From NCBI GenBank assembly GCA_039817885.1, contig JBCBUY010000003.1, forward strand, positions 8,465 to 40,464: DNA of 32,000 nt, given 5' to 3'. The notes under the pieces are model-generated. The model saw only the letters and a program-made list of their open reading frames with translations, did not search any database and had not been told where the DNA came from. Every line of letters starts with the position of its first letter. Positions within the stretch are counted from its first letter, which is position 1. The DNA is from Pseudomonadota bacterium (lineage in GTDB: Bacteria > Pseudomonadota > Alphaproteobacteria > Caulobacterales > Hyphomonadaceae). This document shows positions 1 through 10,651 of the stretch, piece after piece. The position numbers were made by a program, and so were the translations under genes.

Positions 1-861
1 CTGGAAATGCTGGAAGCTCCCGGACAGGATCCCAGCGACATCGTTATCTGGCCTGAGGGCGCGATCCCAGCTTATCTCCTGCAATCGGTCAATGCTCTGG
101 ACGCCGTCAGCGCATTTGTCGGAGACCGCAAGCTGATTGTCGGAACGTCTCGGCGTCAACCGATACGCAATGACGAAGCCGGGCTCGATATTACCGGCGC
201 GCCGGCGCGTCCGGACGAGATACATTATTTCAATTCGCTTGCCGTGGTGGATCGATCGAGCGCCCGATCCGGGCCGATTGCGCTTTATGATAAGCACCGC
301 CTTGTTCCGTTCGGCGAACTGCCAGCGGTTGAGATTATCCCGCTCGGTCGATTGATCGAAGGCATATTGCCAGGCGCGCTGCAGCAAATGGTGACCCAGG
401 GTTTTAATGCTGGGCCGGGACCTGCGGTGGTCTATGCCGATGGCATTCCGCCTTTCAATGCCTTGATTTGTTATGAGGGACTTTATCCGAGCATTCCTCG
501 CCACAAGATCGCGAGGCCCCGTGCTGAATGGATGGTGATTATCTCAAATGATGCCTGGTTTGGGGTCGGGATGGGGCCAGCGCAACATTATGCTCAACAT
601 CGCTACCGGGCGATTGAGTCCGGTTTGCCCATCGCGCGTGTCGCGTCTTTAGGGGATACGGCGATGGTTGATGGGCTTGGCCGCGAAATGGCTCATGGTG
701 AACCAATCTCTGGAGATCCAATTGGCTGGAGATCGTCCGTTGTCAGAACACAATTGCCAGCGGCGCGCGCTGAAACTCTTTATTTCCGGCACGGAGACCT
801 GTTATTCGGCTTGTCGCTCGCGCTATTTTCTGTTCTGGCCTTTCTTGCCTGGCGGCGCTAA
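1..861 (+). CDS. lnt: Apolipoprotein N-acyltransferase, C-terminal part (5' end outside window)
   Basis: The reading frame is open from the window edge. It has CN-hydrolase motifs typical of Lnt (LICYEGLYP with the catalytic Cys, ISNDAWFG) and a terminal hydrophobic helix LFGLSLALFSVLAFLAW. Confidence 0.85.
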   Translation: MEMLEAPGQDPSDIVIWPEGAIPAYLLQSVNALDAVSAFVGDRKLIVGTSRRQPIRNDEAGLDITGAPARPDEIHYFNSLAVVDRSSARSGPIALYDKHRLVPFGELPAVEIIPLGRLIEGILPGALQQMVTQGFNAGPGPAVVYADGIPPFNALICYEGLYPSIPRHKIARPRAEWMVIISNDAWFGVGMGPAQHYAQHRYRAIESGLPIARVASLGDTAMVDGLGREMAHGEPISGDPIGWRSSVVRTQLPAARAETLYFRHGDLLFGLSLALFSVLAFLAWRR

Positions 862-895
862 TCTCTTCTAATTAGGATTGTATGGGTGACACTTA

Positions 896-1339
896 ATGTC
901 GGAAAGTAAACTTCCTAGCGGTATTGATCGCCATGTTGGACAGCGCGTGAGATGGCGGCGACGGGAATTACATCTGACCCAGGAAAAACTTGGCGAGCTG
1001 CTTAACCTGACATTCCAACAGGTTCAGAAGTACGAAAAGGGTGTGAATCGGATTTCGGCCGGGCGGCTGTTCGAGCTGGCTGCGGTGCTCGGTGTGCCAG
1101 TGACCTATTTCTATGATGGGGCGTCCCAATTTCTCCCGGGAAGAGCTGAAGGGGTGGCCGAGACAAAACCGAAAGAATCAGAGGTTCCGACGCTGAGCGC
1201 AGATGCCCTGGAACTTGTGGCCGCGTTTCAATCTATCAACGATCCCGCCCTGCGGCGATCCTTGCTTGAAATGGTCTGTTCGACAGCACGTGCTCTTGAA
1301 GACGAAACATCGGACGAAAGTCAGGACCAGCCCGCTTAG
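896..1339 (+). CDS. XRE-family helix-turn-helix transcriptional regulator
   Basis: 147-aa ORF with an ATG start. It has a Cro/C1-type HTH (LTQEKLGELLNLTFQQVQKYEKGVNRISAGRLFELAAVLGV) and an acidic C-terminal tail. Confidence 0.8.
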   Translation: MSESKLPSGIDRHVGQRVRWRRRELHLTQEKLGELLNLTFQQVQKYEKGVNRISAGRLFELAAVLGVPVTYFYDGASQFLPGRAEGVAETKPKESEVPTLSADALELVAAFQSINDPALRRSLLEMVCSTARALEDETSDESQDQPA

Positions 1340-1380
1340 CCCGTGCACATTTGGGCGCTTTGACACACGATCCATCCTCT

Positions 1381-2070
1381 ATGGCGAAACATCCACCCAT
1401 ACGGACATTTGGCCGAATCGGAGGCCGAGCGCTGTCCGGCCGTCAACAGCGGCTGATCGATCAGCGCTTGCCGGAGCTGTCAGTTCCCCTAGGGGACGAC
1501 AGATCAATCGATCCGAAGACCTTGTTTGACACCGAGGTCAAACAGGTTTGGCTTGAGATCGGGTTTGGCGGCGGCGAGCATCTTACGGGCCAGGCTGAAC
1601 GCCACCCTGACATTGGGCTCCTCGGCTGCGAACCCTTCATTGAAGGAATGGCGAAGTGCATTGGTCAAATCGAGGATGCAGGACTACAGAATGTCCGCTT
1701 GCTTATGGATGATGCAAGACACCTCATCAGGACGCTCGCAGCATCAAGTATCGACAGAATTTTCATCCTGTTTCCGGATCCTTGGCCGAAGAAGCGCCAA
1801 CAAAAGCGTCGCTTGATCCAGTCTGACGTTCTGGATGAGCTTGCAATGATCGCAAAACCAGGATGTCGGATCCGGTTCGCGACAGATGTCATCTCATATG
1901 CCGACGAAGCGCTTGATCGGCTTGTCCATCATGGTGCGTTCACGTGGTTGGCGGAACACCCTGATGATTGGCGGCAGTCTCCGGCCGATCATATTCAGAC
2001 CCGATACCAAACGAAACAATTGGGCGATTGCGCACCGGTTTGGTACGAATTTGAACGGAATTCAGAGTAA
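1381..2070 (+). CDS. trmB: tRNA (guanine46-N7)-methyltransferase
   Basis: SAM-binding EIGFGGGEH and the TrmB signature FPDPWPKKRQQKRR. The start is ambiguous: ATG at 1381 is preferred over the TTG at 1351 used by the ORF track. Confidence 0.85.
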   Translation: MAKHPPIRTFGRIGGRALSGRQQRLIDQRLPELSVPLGDDRSIDPKTLFDTEVKQVWLEIGFGGGEHLTGQAERHPDIGLLGCEPFIEGMAKCIGQIEDAGLQNVRLLMDDARHLIRTLAASSIDRIFILFPDPWPKKRQQKRRLIQSDVLDELAMIAKPGCRIRFATDVISYADEALDRLVHHGAFTWLAEHPDDWRQSPADHIQTRYQTKQLGDCAPVWYEFERNSE

Positions 2071-2138
2071 AAGTCAGGCAGCAGGTGACAAGTCGAGTGC
2101 CCGAGGCTATATAGAGAACAAGTCGAAGATATTTATCG

Positions 2139-2172
2139 GCGGCGGTTCCGGGAACGGGGCCGCCGCTTTTCA
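2139..2172 (+). terminator. Rho-independent terminator after trmB
   Basis: GC-rich stem GCGGCGGTTCC / GGGGCCGCCGC (about 11 bp including G-U pairs) with loop GGGAAC, followed by TTTTCATT. Confidence 0.6.
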
Positions 2173-2194
2173 TTCAAGGGCATACCAAAATCGC

Positions 2195-2764
2195 ATGATT
2201 GCCATGTCTGAACAGGAGAAACGCGTTCTCGACCTGATCCAATCTCAGGCGAGCGGTCTTGGCATGGAGATTGTCCGCGTGCGCCTGACCGGCGGCAAAC
2301 GGCCTGCCTTGCAGATCATGACCGAGAAAGCAGGCGGTGCTCCCACGGATGTAGAGGATTGCGCAGCTCTTTCGCGGGCTATGGCAACGGTTCTGGATGC
2401 CGCCGATCCAATCCCGGACGCCTATACGCTCGAAGTATCAACGCCCGGCATTGACCGGCCATTGACCAGACCGGGAGATTTTGCCCGCTGGATTGGTCAT
2501 GCAGCGAAAGTTGAGCTGGTCCGCCCGTTGGACGGACAGCGCCGTTTCAGAGGTATCATTACCGATGAAACCGATGGTAATATCAGGCTTCAACTGGATG
2601 ATGACTCTGAATTGGAGGCACGGCTTGAAGACTTCTCGAAGGCCTCGTTAATCCTCACGGATGATTTGATCGAAGCCGCCGCAGCACAAGCCGGAATGAC
2701 CGACACGGATAGTAATGATCAGCAAGGGGACGCTCACACCCCCGCTTCAGGAGAACAGACATGA
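2195..2764 (+). CDS. rimP: Ribosome maturation factor RimP
   Basis: RimP signature VSTPGIDRPL, position immediately upstream of nusA, and an ATGA stop/start overlap with nusA. The 292-aa track ORF is over-extended into trmB; the start is taken at ATG 2195 (alternative 2204). Confidence 0.85.
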   Translation: MIAMSEQEKRVLDLIQSQASGLGMEIVRVRLTGGKRPALQIMTEKAGGAPTDVEDCAALSRAMATVLDAADPIPDAYTLEVSTPGIDRPLTRPGDFARWIGHAAKVELVRPLDGQRRFRGIITDETDGNIRLQLDDDSELEARLEDFSKASLILTDDLIEAAAAQAGMTDTDSNDQQGDAHTPASGEQT

Positions 2765-4479
2765 GCAATATTGGCGTTTCCGCGAACCGGCAGGAAATTC
2801 TGCAAATTGCCCGGGCCGTCGCCGAGGAAAAAGGTATCGACAGAGGTATCGTGATCGAAGCCATGCAGGAAGCGATCGAAAAGGCCGCGAAGTCCCGCTA
2901 CGGACAAGAACATGACATCCGTGCCGTGATCGACATTGATAGCGGTGAGCAAACCCTCTGGCGCGTGCAAACCGTAACGCCCGATGAGGAAATCGAAGAC
3001 GCCGTTCAGCAAATCCCGCTGTCGGAGGCGGTCAAAATCGATGCTGACCTGGAAGTTGGCGACGAAATCAAAGAAGAGCTTCCGCCCTTTGATTTTGGCC
3101 GCGTGGCCGCCCAGTCAGCCAAACAGGTTATTCTGCAGAAGGTTCGAGATGCCGAGCGGGAACGTCAGTACAATGAGTACCATAATCGCGAAGGCGAAAT
3201 CCTCAACGGGATCGTTAAGCGCGTGGAGTATGGGCACGTCATCGTCGATCTTGGTCGCGCTGAAGGCATCATTCGCCGCAATGATGGCATCCCGCGCGAG
3301 AATTTCCAAAATGGCGACCGCGTTCGAGCATACCTTTATAAGGTGTCTCGGGAAGTCAAAGGACCACAGATTTTTCTCTCACGTGCCCATCCGGACTTCA
3401 TGAAGTCGCTCTTTGCGCAAGAAGTGCCGGAAGTCTATGACGATGTTATCCAGATCAAAGCGTGCTCGCGCGACCCTGGGAGCCGGGCGAAGATCGGTGT
3501 GATTTCTAACGATTCCTCGATCGACCCCGTCGGGGCCTGTGTCGGTATGCGGGGTGCCCGCGTTCAGGCCGTGGTTGGCGAGCTCGCTGGTGAGAAAATC
3601 GACATTATTCCGTGGTCGGTTGATGATGCGACCTTTATCGTGAACGCTCTGCAGCCTGCTGAGGTCTCCAAAGTGGTCCTCGATGAAGACGAGCAGCGCG
3701 TGGAAGTGGTTGTCGCCGATGATCAGTTCCCGCTTGCGATTGGTCGGCGCGGCCAGAATGTTCGCCTCGCTTCTCAGCTCACAGGCTGGCAAATTGACCT
3801 GATTACGGAAACTCAGGATTCCGAACGGTATCAGCGCGAATTTGCCGAGCGAACGGCTCTCTTCATGAAAGCGCTTGATGCCGAAGAGACTTTGGCACAA
3901 TTGCTGGCATCGGAAGGCTTCGAGACTGTCGAGGAAATTGCCTATGTTGCGCCCGAGGACTTTATGCAGATCGAAGGGTTTGACGAGGACATCGCTGCGG
4001 AGATCCAGGCGCGGGGTCGCGATTATCTAGAGAAGCTGGCCATCGAGCAGGATGCACGCCGCCGAGAGCTTGGCGTTGAAGACGCTGTGATGGAGCTGGA
4101 TGGCGTGACGCCCGGCTTTGCGGTCCGCCTTGGCGAGAATGATGTAAAGACCGTTGACGATGTTGCCGGCCTTGTGCCCGACGACATTACTGGCTGGCGG
4201 GAACCCGGCCCCGATGGAAAGCCCGTTTTCCAACAGGGTATCCTTCCAAAAGGCGAAATGCGGAAGGACGACGCGCAGATGTTTATCATGAAGGCACGCG
4301 TTATTGCCGGCTGGATTGAACAAGACGCTGTCGATGCGCTTCAGCAGGAAATGGCCGCTGAGCAAGTCGCTGAGGAAATGGATCTCACTGAAGAGGAACG
4401 CGCCCTACTCGCTTTGGGTGCACTCGGAAGTGAGGATGATTCGGAGGGCGGATCGGATGCCGCACCTCAAGCAGAATGA
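2761..4479 (+). CDS. nusA: Transcription termination/antitermination factor NusA (long form, 572 aa)
   Basis: S1 domain (GEILNGIVKRVEYGHVIVDLG), KH domains (AIGRRGQNVRLASQLTGWQIDL), and a GGAG RBS 8 nt upstream. Acidic C-terminal extension. Confidence 0.97.
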   Translation: MSNIGVSANRQEILQIARAVAEEKGIDRGIVIEAMQEAIEKAAKSRYGQEHDIRAVIDIDSGEQTLWRVQTVTPDEEIEDAVQQIPLSEAVKIDADLEVGDEIKEELPPFDFGRVAAQSAKQVILQKVRDAERERQYNEYHNREGEILNGIVKRVEYGHVIVDLGRAEGIIRRNDGIPRENFQNGDRVRAYLYKVSREVKGPQIFLSRAHPDFMKSLFAQEVPEVYDDVIQIKACSRDPGSRAKIGVISNDSSIDPVGACVGMRGARVQAVVGELAGEKIDIIPWSVDDATFIVNALQPAEVSKVVLDEDEQRVEVVVADDQFPLAIGRRGQNVRLASQLTGWQIDLITETQDSERYQREFAERTALFMKALDAEETLAQLLASEGFETVEEIAYVAPEDFMQIEGFDEDIAAEIQARGRDYLEKLAIEQDARRRELGVEDAVMELDGVTPGFAVRLGENDVKTVDDVAGLVPDDITGWREPGPDGKPVFQQGILPKGEMRKDDAQMFIMKARVIAGWIEQDAVDALQQEMAAEQVAEEMDLTEEERALLALGALGSEDDSEGGSDAAPQAE

Positions 4480-5116
4480 CGACCCCGCGGACATAACCGA
4501 GTCCGGCGTGCCCGTTCGCCAATGTGCGGTCATGCGGGAACGTCGGCCTCAAGCCGAAATGGTGCGCTTTGTGCGCGCCCCTGACGGTTCCGTTGCGCCT
4601 GATGTGGCGGCGAAGCTGCCTGGTCGTGGCGTGTGGGTAACCGCCTCGCAAGAGGCTATCTCGGAGGCCGTCAAAAAGCAGGTTTTTGCCCGTGGGTTCA
4701 GGGCTGACATCAAGGCGGCACCGGAGCTTGGTGATCTCGTAGAGACGCTGTTGATAAAGAGATTGCAGTCCATATTGGGGTTTGCGAAGAAGGCGGGCGC
4801 GATTGTTCTCGGCTTCGATCAGGTCAAATCTGCCCTTCAAAAACGACGGCCCGGCGTGATGATTTGTGCATCCGATAGTGCTGAAGACGGACGAAACAAG
4901 CTGTATTTCCTGGCGAAAAGCCTATATGGGGACACGGAATTGTCCGGTGCACTGACATCGGATGAATTAGGCATGGCCTTTGGTCGATCCCATGTGGTAC
5001 ATGCGCTCCTGGAAACGGGCGCGTTTTCCAGGAATTGGCAGGCTGATTATATTCGATTAACCGGGTTCAGGTCAGCGCCCGAAAACGAATGGTATTCCGG
5101 GACGCGGCAAACTTAG
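4457..5116 (+). CDS. YlxR/DUF448-type RNA-binding protein fused to an L7Ae-like domain
   Basis: RQCAVMRERRPQAEMVRFV...LPGRGVWV matches the YlxR motif pattern. GGAGGG RBS 8 nt before ATG 4457. It overlaps the nusA 3' end and occupies the canonical nusA-ylxR-infB position. Confidence 0.8.
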   Translation: MPHLKQNDDPADITESGVPVRQCAVMRERRPQAEMVRFVRAPDGSVAPDVAAKLPGRGVWVTASQEAISEAVKKQVFARGFRADIKAAPELGDLVETLLIKRLQSILGFAKKAGAIVLGFDQVKSALQKRRPGVMICASDSAEDGRNKLYFLAKSLYGDTELSGALTSDELGMAFGRSHVVHALLETGAFSRNWQADYIRLTGFRSAPENEWYSGTRQT

Positions 5117-5167
5117 CAGCGGTCGGCAGAGGTGCAGACCGCGGAAATATTTGGTATTTGATAGTCA

Positions 5168-7717
5168 ATGAGTGACACGACAGATAAAGGCAATACTTCA
5201 GGCGGTCGCAAACCGCTGACTGTCTCGCGTGGAAATTCCACCGGAACGGTGCGCCAAAGCTTCAGCCATGGCCGCACCAAGCAGGTTGTTGTCGAAAAAA
5301 AGAAGCGCCGCATGGTTGGGGGACCCGGTAAGTCCGGGGCTGGCTCCAAATCAGGGAAGGCGGACGCACCGGCGCTGTCCAAAAGCGCAGAACTCGCCAA
5401 AAAGCTCGGTATCACGGAAACCGAACTTAGGGCGCGTCAAGCCGCCCTAAAGGCTCGCAACGAGCAGGAAGCCAAGCGTGCGGCCAAGACGAAAGAAGAA
5501 GAAGAAGCGAGAAATCGCCTGAAGGAAGAGCAAGAGCGTAAAGTTCAGGCTCAGAAGGAACGCGAAGAAGCCGAAGCCCGGCGTAAGGCAGAAGAAGAAG
5601 CCAGAAAAGCAGAAGCCGAAGCGGCAAAGGCGGCCCCTCGTGCGCGCAGCAATGATCGCAAGCAGGCTGCCGGTACACCACGTAATGACCCTCCCCCTCC
5701 GCCGTCCTCGCTCGAAGCGCTAGGTGGGCGCGTCAAGAAGGATCGCGAGCAGCGCGATAATTTCAACAAAGGATCCGGCGGATCAAAGCCACGTGGCGAG
5801 CCGAAACGCCGCAAGGGCAAACTGACAATTGCAGCGGCCCTGGGTGACGACAGCGAACGGCAACGCTCATTAGCATCGGTGCGTCGTGCGCGTGAGCGTG
5901 AACGGGAGCGCCGCGTGAGTGGTGATGCCTCGGATACGGAAAAGGTCTCGCGAGAGATCCAGCTTCCAGAAACCATCACGCTCCAGGAACTCGCTGGGCG
6001 CATGAAAGAGCGCGTCGCAGACGTCGTGAAATTCATGATGCAACAAGGTGAGATGATGCGGGCGAACGACATCATCGACGCAGACACTGCTGAGCTTATC
6101 GCCGAGGAGTTTGGCCACTCAGTTAAACGTGTCGCCGAGTCTGATGTGGAAATCGGACTGGAAGGCGAAGAGGATGATCCCAAGGATCTGAAAGCGCGCG
6201 CACCGATTGTGACCATTATGGGTCATGTCGATCACGGCAAGACATCATTGCTGGATGCGCTTCGCAAAACTGATGTTGTGGCCGGCGAAGCTGGCGGGAT
6301 CACTCAGCATATCGGTGCCTATCAGGTGCAACTTGAATCCGGAGACCGGATATCTTTCCTGGACACCCCTGGCCACGCAGCCTTCTCGGCCATGCGAGCG
6401 CGGGGCGCAAATGTCACTGACATCGTTATCCTCGTGGTCGCCGCAGACGATGGCGTGATGCCCCAGACCCAAGAGGCCATCGCCCATGCGAAAGCCGCCG
6501 AGGTTCCGGTGATCGTGGCGGTGAACAAGATCGATAAGCCGGATGCGAACCCTCAGAATGTTTTGACCCAATTGCTGCAATATGATGTGCAAGTCGAAGA
6601 TATGGGCGGTGAAGTTCAATCCGTGAACGTATCGGCGATCTCAGGTGAAGGGCTCGATAAACTTACAGAGGCAATTACTCTGCAGGCTGAGCTTCTTGAA
6701 CTCACAGCGAACCCGAAACGCGCCGCCGACGGCGTGGTTGTCGAAAGCCAGCTTGATAAAGGTCGCGGCCCCGTCGCAACCGTCTTGGTCAAACGCGGCA
6801 CGCTTCAGCGCGGCGATATTGTTGTGGCCGGTGCGCAGTGGGGCAAAGTTCGGGCCCTCGTTAACGAGCGCAACCAGCAGATGAAAGAAGCGGGCCCCTC
6901 CCTTCCAGCCGAGGTGCTCGGCCTGGATGGCGCTCCAGACCCTGGAGAAGCATTTGTTGTTGTCGACACCGAAGCAAGGGCTCGCGAGATCACGGAGTAT
7001 CGCCAGAGACAAAAACGTCAGGCACAAGGCCGCGCAGGTGCCGCAGCCCGCGCATCTCTCGAAACGCTCCTGACACGCCTTAAAGACGGCTCGGTCGAAG
7101 CCTCCGAACTTCCTGTTGTCGTCAAAGGCGATGTGCAGGGTTCAGTCGAAGCCATTTCACAGAGCCTCGAAAAGCTATCGACGGAAGAGGTTCGCGCCCA
7201 CGTCATTCATGGCGCGGTCGGCGGTATCTCTGAAAGCGACGTGCTCCTCGCTCAGTCTTCGCAAGCTCCGATCTTTGCTTTCAATGTCCGCGCAAACAAA
7301 CAAGCCCGGGACCTTGCAGAAAAAGAAGGCGTGGAGATTCGCTACTATTCGGTCATTTATGACCTGATAGACGATGTGAAGGACACGCTGTCCGGCATGC
7401 TCGCACCGGAGAAACGCGAAACATTCCTCGGCTATGCGGAGATACTCGAAGTGTTCAACATTTCGAAAATCGGCAAGGTTGCCGGTTGCCGGATTACCGA
7501 AGGTACGGTGAAGCGTGGATGTGGTGTCCGTCTGCTGCGCGACGACACGGTGATACACGAAGGTTTCCTGAAGACGCTGAAACGCTTCAAGGATGAGGTG
7601 CCAGAGGTCTCAAACGGACAGGAATGCGGCATGGCCTTTGAAAAATATGAGGATATCCGTGTTGGGGACCGAATTGAGTGTTTCCAAGTCGAAGAAATTG
7701 AGCGCCGCCTCGAATAG
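5168..7717 (+). CDS. infB: Translation initiation factor IF-2
   Basis: GTPase motifs [17 protein letters not shown] and NKID. K/E/A-rich low-complexity N-terminal region. 849 aa. Confidence 0.97.
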   Translation: MSDTTDKGNTSGGRKPLTVSRGNSTGTVRQSFSHGRTKQVVVEKKKRRMVGGPGKSGAGSKSGKADAPALSKSAELAKKLGITETELRARQAALKARNEQEAKRAAKTKEEEEARNRLKEEQERKVQAQKEREEAEARRKAEEEARKAEAEAAKAAPRARSNDRKQAAGTPRNDPPPPPSSLEALGGRVKKDREQRDNFNKGSGGSKPRGEPKRRKGKLTIAAALGDDSERQRSLASVRRARERERERRVSGDASDTEKVSREIQLPETITLQELAGRMKERVADVVKFMMQQGEMMRANDIIDADTAELIAEEFGHSVKRVAESDVEIGLEGEEDDPKDLKARAPIVTIMGHVDHGKTSLLDALRKTDVVAGEAGGITQHIGAYQVQLESGDRISFLDTPGHAAFSAMRARGANVTDIVILVVAADDGVMPQTQEAIAHAKAAEVPVIVAVNKIDKPDANPQNVLTQLLQYDVQVEDMGGEVQSVNVSAISGEGLDKLTEAITLQAELLELTANPKRAADGVVVESQLDKGRGPVATVLVKRGTLQRGDIVVAGAQWGKVRALVNERNQQMKEAGPSLPAEVLGLDGAPDPGEAFVVVDTEARAREITEYRQRQKRQAQGRAGAAARASLETLLTRLKDGSVEASELPVVVKGDVQGSVEAISQSLEKLSTEEVRAHVIHGAVGGISESDVLLAQSSQAPIFAFNVRANKQARDLAEKEGVEIRYYSVIYDLIDDVKDTLSGMLAPEKRETFLGYAEILEVFNISKIGKVAGCRITEGTVKRGCGVRLLRDDTVIHEGFLKTLKRFKDEVPEVSNGQECGMAFEKYEDIRVGDRIECFQVEEIERRLE

Positions 7718-7796
7718 GCGGTATCGGTACTAAGCCGACACCTTGAAAGGTTTAGAGAACGGAATATTCACTCCTGTTCGCTAGTTCTCAGCGGAC

Positions 7797-8354
7797 ATGG
7801 GCAGTGAAGTTATAAACTTGGCAAGGGATGGTGCGCGGCTGGATGTCTCCGGCAGTCTGACGCGTAAAGATCTGCAGCGTCTGACCAATATCTCTCGCTC
7901 TGGAACGGTTGGGCCAACAACAGTCTACTATGCGGGTGTAACAGCCCCCATCATTTCGGCCGGTGTCTCTATAACAACCCGGTCGGCACTTTCCGAACTC
8001 GGCTACGATAGTTACTGGGTGTTTCTGTTGTCAGCCATCGTCGCCGCATTTGCGGGCATAAGTTGGTATCTGATCTTTATGCGGTGGTCTTATCGTCAGA
8101 CCCATGGGCGCGGCAGCGAGGGCGACGCCATCACGCTCGCAGCGATTACAAAGGACGCCTTGATTATCGAACGCGGCCCCATTCGAACGGAAATCAAATG
8201 GACGGCCGTGAACACCATTCGCCGAGGTCGAAAGTTCATCGCGCTGATGATCGACGGCAGTGATACAGTCTTGATCCCCGACCATTGGTTTGGCAAGGAC
8301 AGAGCCAAGCGCGATGCCTTCCACCAGGCAATTGACGCGCACGTTCAACTCTGA
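7797..8354 (+). CDS. YcxB-like membrane protein (two TM helices plus a C-terminal PH-like domain), function unknown
   Basis: ATG start. Two hydrophobic helices (APIISAGVSITT..., YWVFLLSAIVAAFAGISWYLIFM) are followed by ...IKWTAVNTIRRGRKFIALMIDGSDTVLIPDHWF, which resembles the YcxB family as I recall it. Confidence 0.6.
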   Translation: MGSEVINLARDGARLDVSGSLTRKDLQRLTNISRSGTVGPTTVYYAGVTAPIISAGVSITTRSALSELGYDSYWVFLLSAIVAAFAGISWYLIFMRWSYRQTHGRGSEGDAITLAAITKDALIIERGPIRTEIKWTAVNTIRRGRKFIALMIDGSDTVLIPDHWFGKDRAKRDAFHQAIDAHVQL

Positions 8355-8366
8355 AAGCGCTGGATA

Positions 8367-8777
8367 ATGGCGAAGCGTCACCGCCAAGCAAAAAATCTTG
8401 AACCGAGCCAGCGGCAATTGCGGGCCGGCGAACTTGTCCGGCATGCGCTGGTCGACATTCTCGCGCGGGAAGAGTTTCGAGATCCTGCGCTGCAGAGCGT
8501 ATCGGTCACCATTGGTGAGGTCAGATGTTCACCCGATCTTCGTCATGCAAACGTGTTTTGCAGCCCACTTGGCGATCAAGATGCTGAGCATTCCAGAATT
8601 GTCGCGGAGGCCTTGAACAAGGCCGCGGCGTTTCTGCGGGGCCGCCTCGGAAGAGAAATAGAAATGAAGTTCACGCCTCAGCTACATTTTATTGCCGACG
8701 AGAGCTATGACGCGGCCATTGCGATGGACCGGTTATTGGCAAGTGACCCGGTGCGTAAGGATATTGGGGACGACTAG
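8367..8777 (+). CDS. rbfA: Ribosome-binding factor A
   Basis: The RbfA core VSVTIGEVRCSPDLRHANVF...FLRGRLGREIEMKFTPQLHF matches the family pattern. Confidence 0.9.
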   Translation: MAKRHRQAKNLEPSQRQLRAGELVRHALVDILAREEFRDPALQSVSVTIGEVRCSPDLRHANVFCSPLGDQDAEHSRIVAEALNKAAAFLRGRLGREIEMKFTPQLHFIADESYDAAIAMDRLLASDPVRKDIGDD

Positions 8778-8880
8778 CCCCCTTCATTGCTGAGCTCCGA
8801 CATATTGCTCGGTGAGCGATCTCATCCTAAATGATCCAGGAATGGCTGCACGGGACCTTGACCCCGTTGGAGACGAAACA

Positions 8881-10059
8881 ATGACTGACCCACGCCCCGC
8901 CTATGCAGGCGGGATCAATTCTCTTGGATTCAGCAAACCGCCGTCTGAAACGCGCGTCGTGGCTGCCATGTCCGGCGGCGTCGATTCTTCTGTCGTTGCC
9001 GCATTACTGGCGGACGAGGGCTATGATGTCGTCGGGATCACTTTGCAATTGTATGATCACGGCGCGGCGATCCAGAAAAAGGGGGCGTGCTGCGCCGGTC
9101 AGGACATTCACGATGCGCGCAACGTCGCCGATCAGATCGGCATTCCGCATTACGTCCTGGACTATGAAAGCCGCTTTCGCGAGCAAGTCATGGAGGACTT
9201 CGCCGATACCTATTTGGCGGGCGCAACGCCCGTGCCGTGCATTCGCTGCAATCAGTCGGTGAAGTTTGCAGACCTGTTGGCGACGGCGAAGGATTTGGGC
9301 GCGGACTGCCTTGCAACCGGCCACTATATCCGGCGCAAAGCGGGACCGGATCGCGTTGAGCTGCATCGTGCCCACGATGCCAGCCGCGACCAGTCTTATT
9401 TTCTCTTTGCAACCACCCCTGAGCAGCTCGACTATCTCCGATTTCCACTCGGCGACATGCCGAAAACGGAGGTGCGCCGACTAGCAGATCATTATGATCT
9501 GCCCGTCGCGGCAAAACCGGATAGCCAGGATATCTGCTTCGTCCCCGATGGGTCCTATGCGAAGGTCGTTGAATCGATACGTCCGGGCACGGGTCGCGCC
9601 GGCGATATTGTTCATCTGGACGGCCGGGTCCTTGGTGAGCATCAAGGCGTGATCAATTACACCATCGGGCAAAGACGGGGCCTTGGAGTGGCAACTGGTG
9701 AGCCTTTGTTCGTGGTCAAGATCGATGCGCGTCAGCGCCGTGTCTATGTCGGCCCCAGAGACGCGCTGCTAACAGCAGGTCTTGCAATCGGGGACATCAA
9801 TTGGCTCGGCGGAGGTGACTTTACAGATGCCGCTCGGGGGGAACGCCGGGTTCTCGCCCGTGTGCGATCGACACGCGAGCCCCTGCCGGCTTGCCTGGCC
9901 TTGGACGGCGAGGATGTCGTCATTCGATTTGATGGTGCCGAAGAAGGCGTGGCTCCTGGACAAGCCTGCGTGCTGTACGATGTGGAAGTGCCAAGCCGTG
10001 TCCTAGGCGGCGGATTTATCACGCGCACGATTAGCGCCTACTCCTCCGTTGCGGCGTAA
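8881..10059 (+). CDS. mnmA: tRNA 2-thiouridine(34) synthase MnmA
   Basis: PP-loop AMSGGVDSS and catalytic Cys contexts PCIRCN and SQDICF. ATG 8881 has a GGAG RBS 8 nt upstream; the track start (GTG 8812) and ATG 8842 are alternatives. Confidence 0.92.
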   Translation: MTDPRPAYAGGINSLGFSKPPSETRVVAAMSGGVDSSVVAALLADEGYDVVGITLQLYDHGAAIQKKGACCAGQDIHDARNVADQIGIPHYVLDYESRFREQVMEDFADTYLAGATPVPCIRCNQSVKFADLLATAKDLGADCLATGHYIRRKAGPDRVELHRAHDASRDQSYFLFATTPEQLDYLRFPLGDMPKTEVRRLADHYDLPVAAKPDSQDICFVPDGSYAKVVESIRPGTGRAGDIVHLDGRVLGEHQGVINYTIGQRRGLGVATGEPLFVVKIDARQRRVYVGPRDALLTAGLAIGDINWLGGGDFTDAARGERRVLARVRSTREPLPACLALDGEDVVIRFDGAEEGVAPGQACVLYDVEVPSRVLGGGFITRTISAYSSVAA

Positions 10060-10313
10060 TCTTTTTTGTTGGACGGCGACTGCCTGAGCGGTCGCGAAAT
10101 CGTGCCGGTGCGGGATTCTGACCGATTTCACTCAAAATCGGCCTCGAATGCACCAATCCGGCACAGCTTTGCCAAAAAACTACAAACGCCTCGCGCCAAG
10201 ACATGTCGAATTTTCATCAAAACTGATCGATTGCCCTGAGCCTCGCCTTAAGCCGCGTCCTGTAATGTCCACTGCACGAGGGACAGAATACCCTTGCTTA
10301 TGAGGTGGACAAA

Positions 10314-10592
10314 ATGAGTGAGCAGAATGCTTTCATAATGAGTGTTTCGGGGCCAAATGGGCGTCCCCTGACACTGGAAGACCTTCCCGCACCCGGCACC
10401 AAGCGTTGGGTGACTCGCCGCAAGGCAGAAGTCGTCGCGGCTGTTAAGGGTGGGCTTCTTTCCCAAGAAGATGCGTGTGATCGCTACGGGCTGTCGGATG
10501 AAGAATTCTCCGGTTGGGTCCGGCTCTACACAAATCACGGCGCCAAAGGCCTTCGCGCGACCCGTTTGCAGCAATATCGCCGCGCCCAGTAA
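10314..10592 (+). CDS. sciP: SciP-like small CtrA inhibitory protein (DUF1153)
   Basis: GPNGRPLTLEDLPAPGTKRWVTRRKAEVVAAVKGGLLSQEDACDRYGLSDEEFSGWV...GLRATRLQQYR closely matches Caulobacter SciP as I recall it. GAGG RBS 8 nt before ATG 10314; GTG 10305 is the alternative start. Confidence 0.85.
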   Translation: MSEQNAFIMSVSGPNGRPLTLEDLPAPGTKRWVTRRKAEVVAAVKGGLLSQEDACDRYGLSDEEFSGWVRLYTNHGAKGLRATRLQQYRRAQ

Positions 10593-10610
10593 CGCCACCG
10601 CGACGTTCGG

Positions 10611-10626
10611 TTAAAGCCGCGTTTAC
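10611..10626 (+). promoter_or_regulatory. Near-consensus CtrA-type box TTAA-N7-TTTAC
   Basis: TTAAAGCCGCGTTTAC is one mismatch from TTAA-N7-TTAAC. It lies in the sciP/mini-fliF intergenic region, upstream of the flagellar-type operon. Confidence 0.3.
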
Positions 10627-10651
10627 GACGCTGGGCTTAGAACTCTAGGTC

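Noticed and set aside
1886-2194. Upstream extension of the rimP ORF overlapping trmB
   Set aside because: The extension overlaps the trmB coding region and crosses a strong terminator hairpin at 2139-2172. RimP-like sequence only begins near ATG 2195.
5440-5660. Repetitive GAAGAAG / GCAGAAG-rich DNA that might be a tandem repeat
   Set aside because: It encodes the Lys/Glu/Ala-rich low-complexity linker typical of the IF-2 N-terminal region, with no fixed repeat unit. The Ala/Asp/Glu-rich tail of the DUF4167 protein (about 16054-16450) is similar.
5551-6216. 221-aa minus-strand ORF (and several others) inside infB
   Set aside because: It is antisense to a confidently identified gene. The protein is Ser/Arg/Ala/Pro-rich with no motifs, which is typical of a shadow ORF in GC-rich DNA. 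The same reasoning applies to 3379-3900, 4385-4840, 6641-7027 and 7175-7558.
10248-10598. 116-aa minus-strand ORF covering the sciP locus
   Set aside because: It is exactly antisense to the SciP-like ORF, which has a strong family match and an RBS. The antisense product has no recognisable features.
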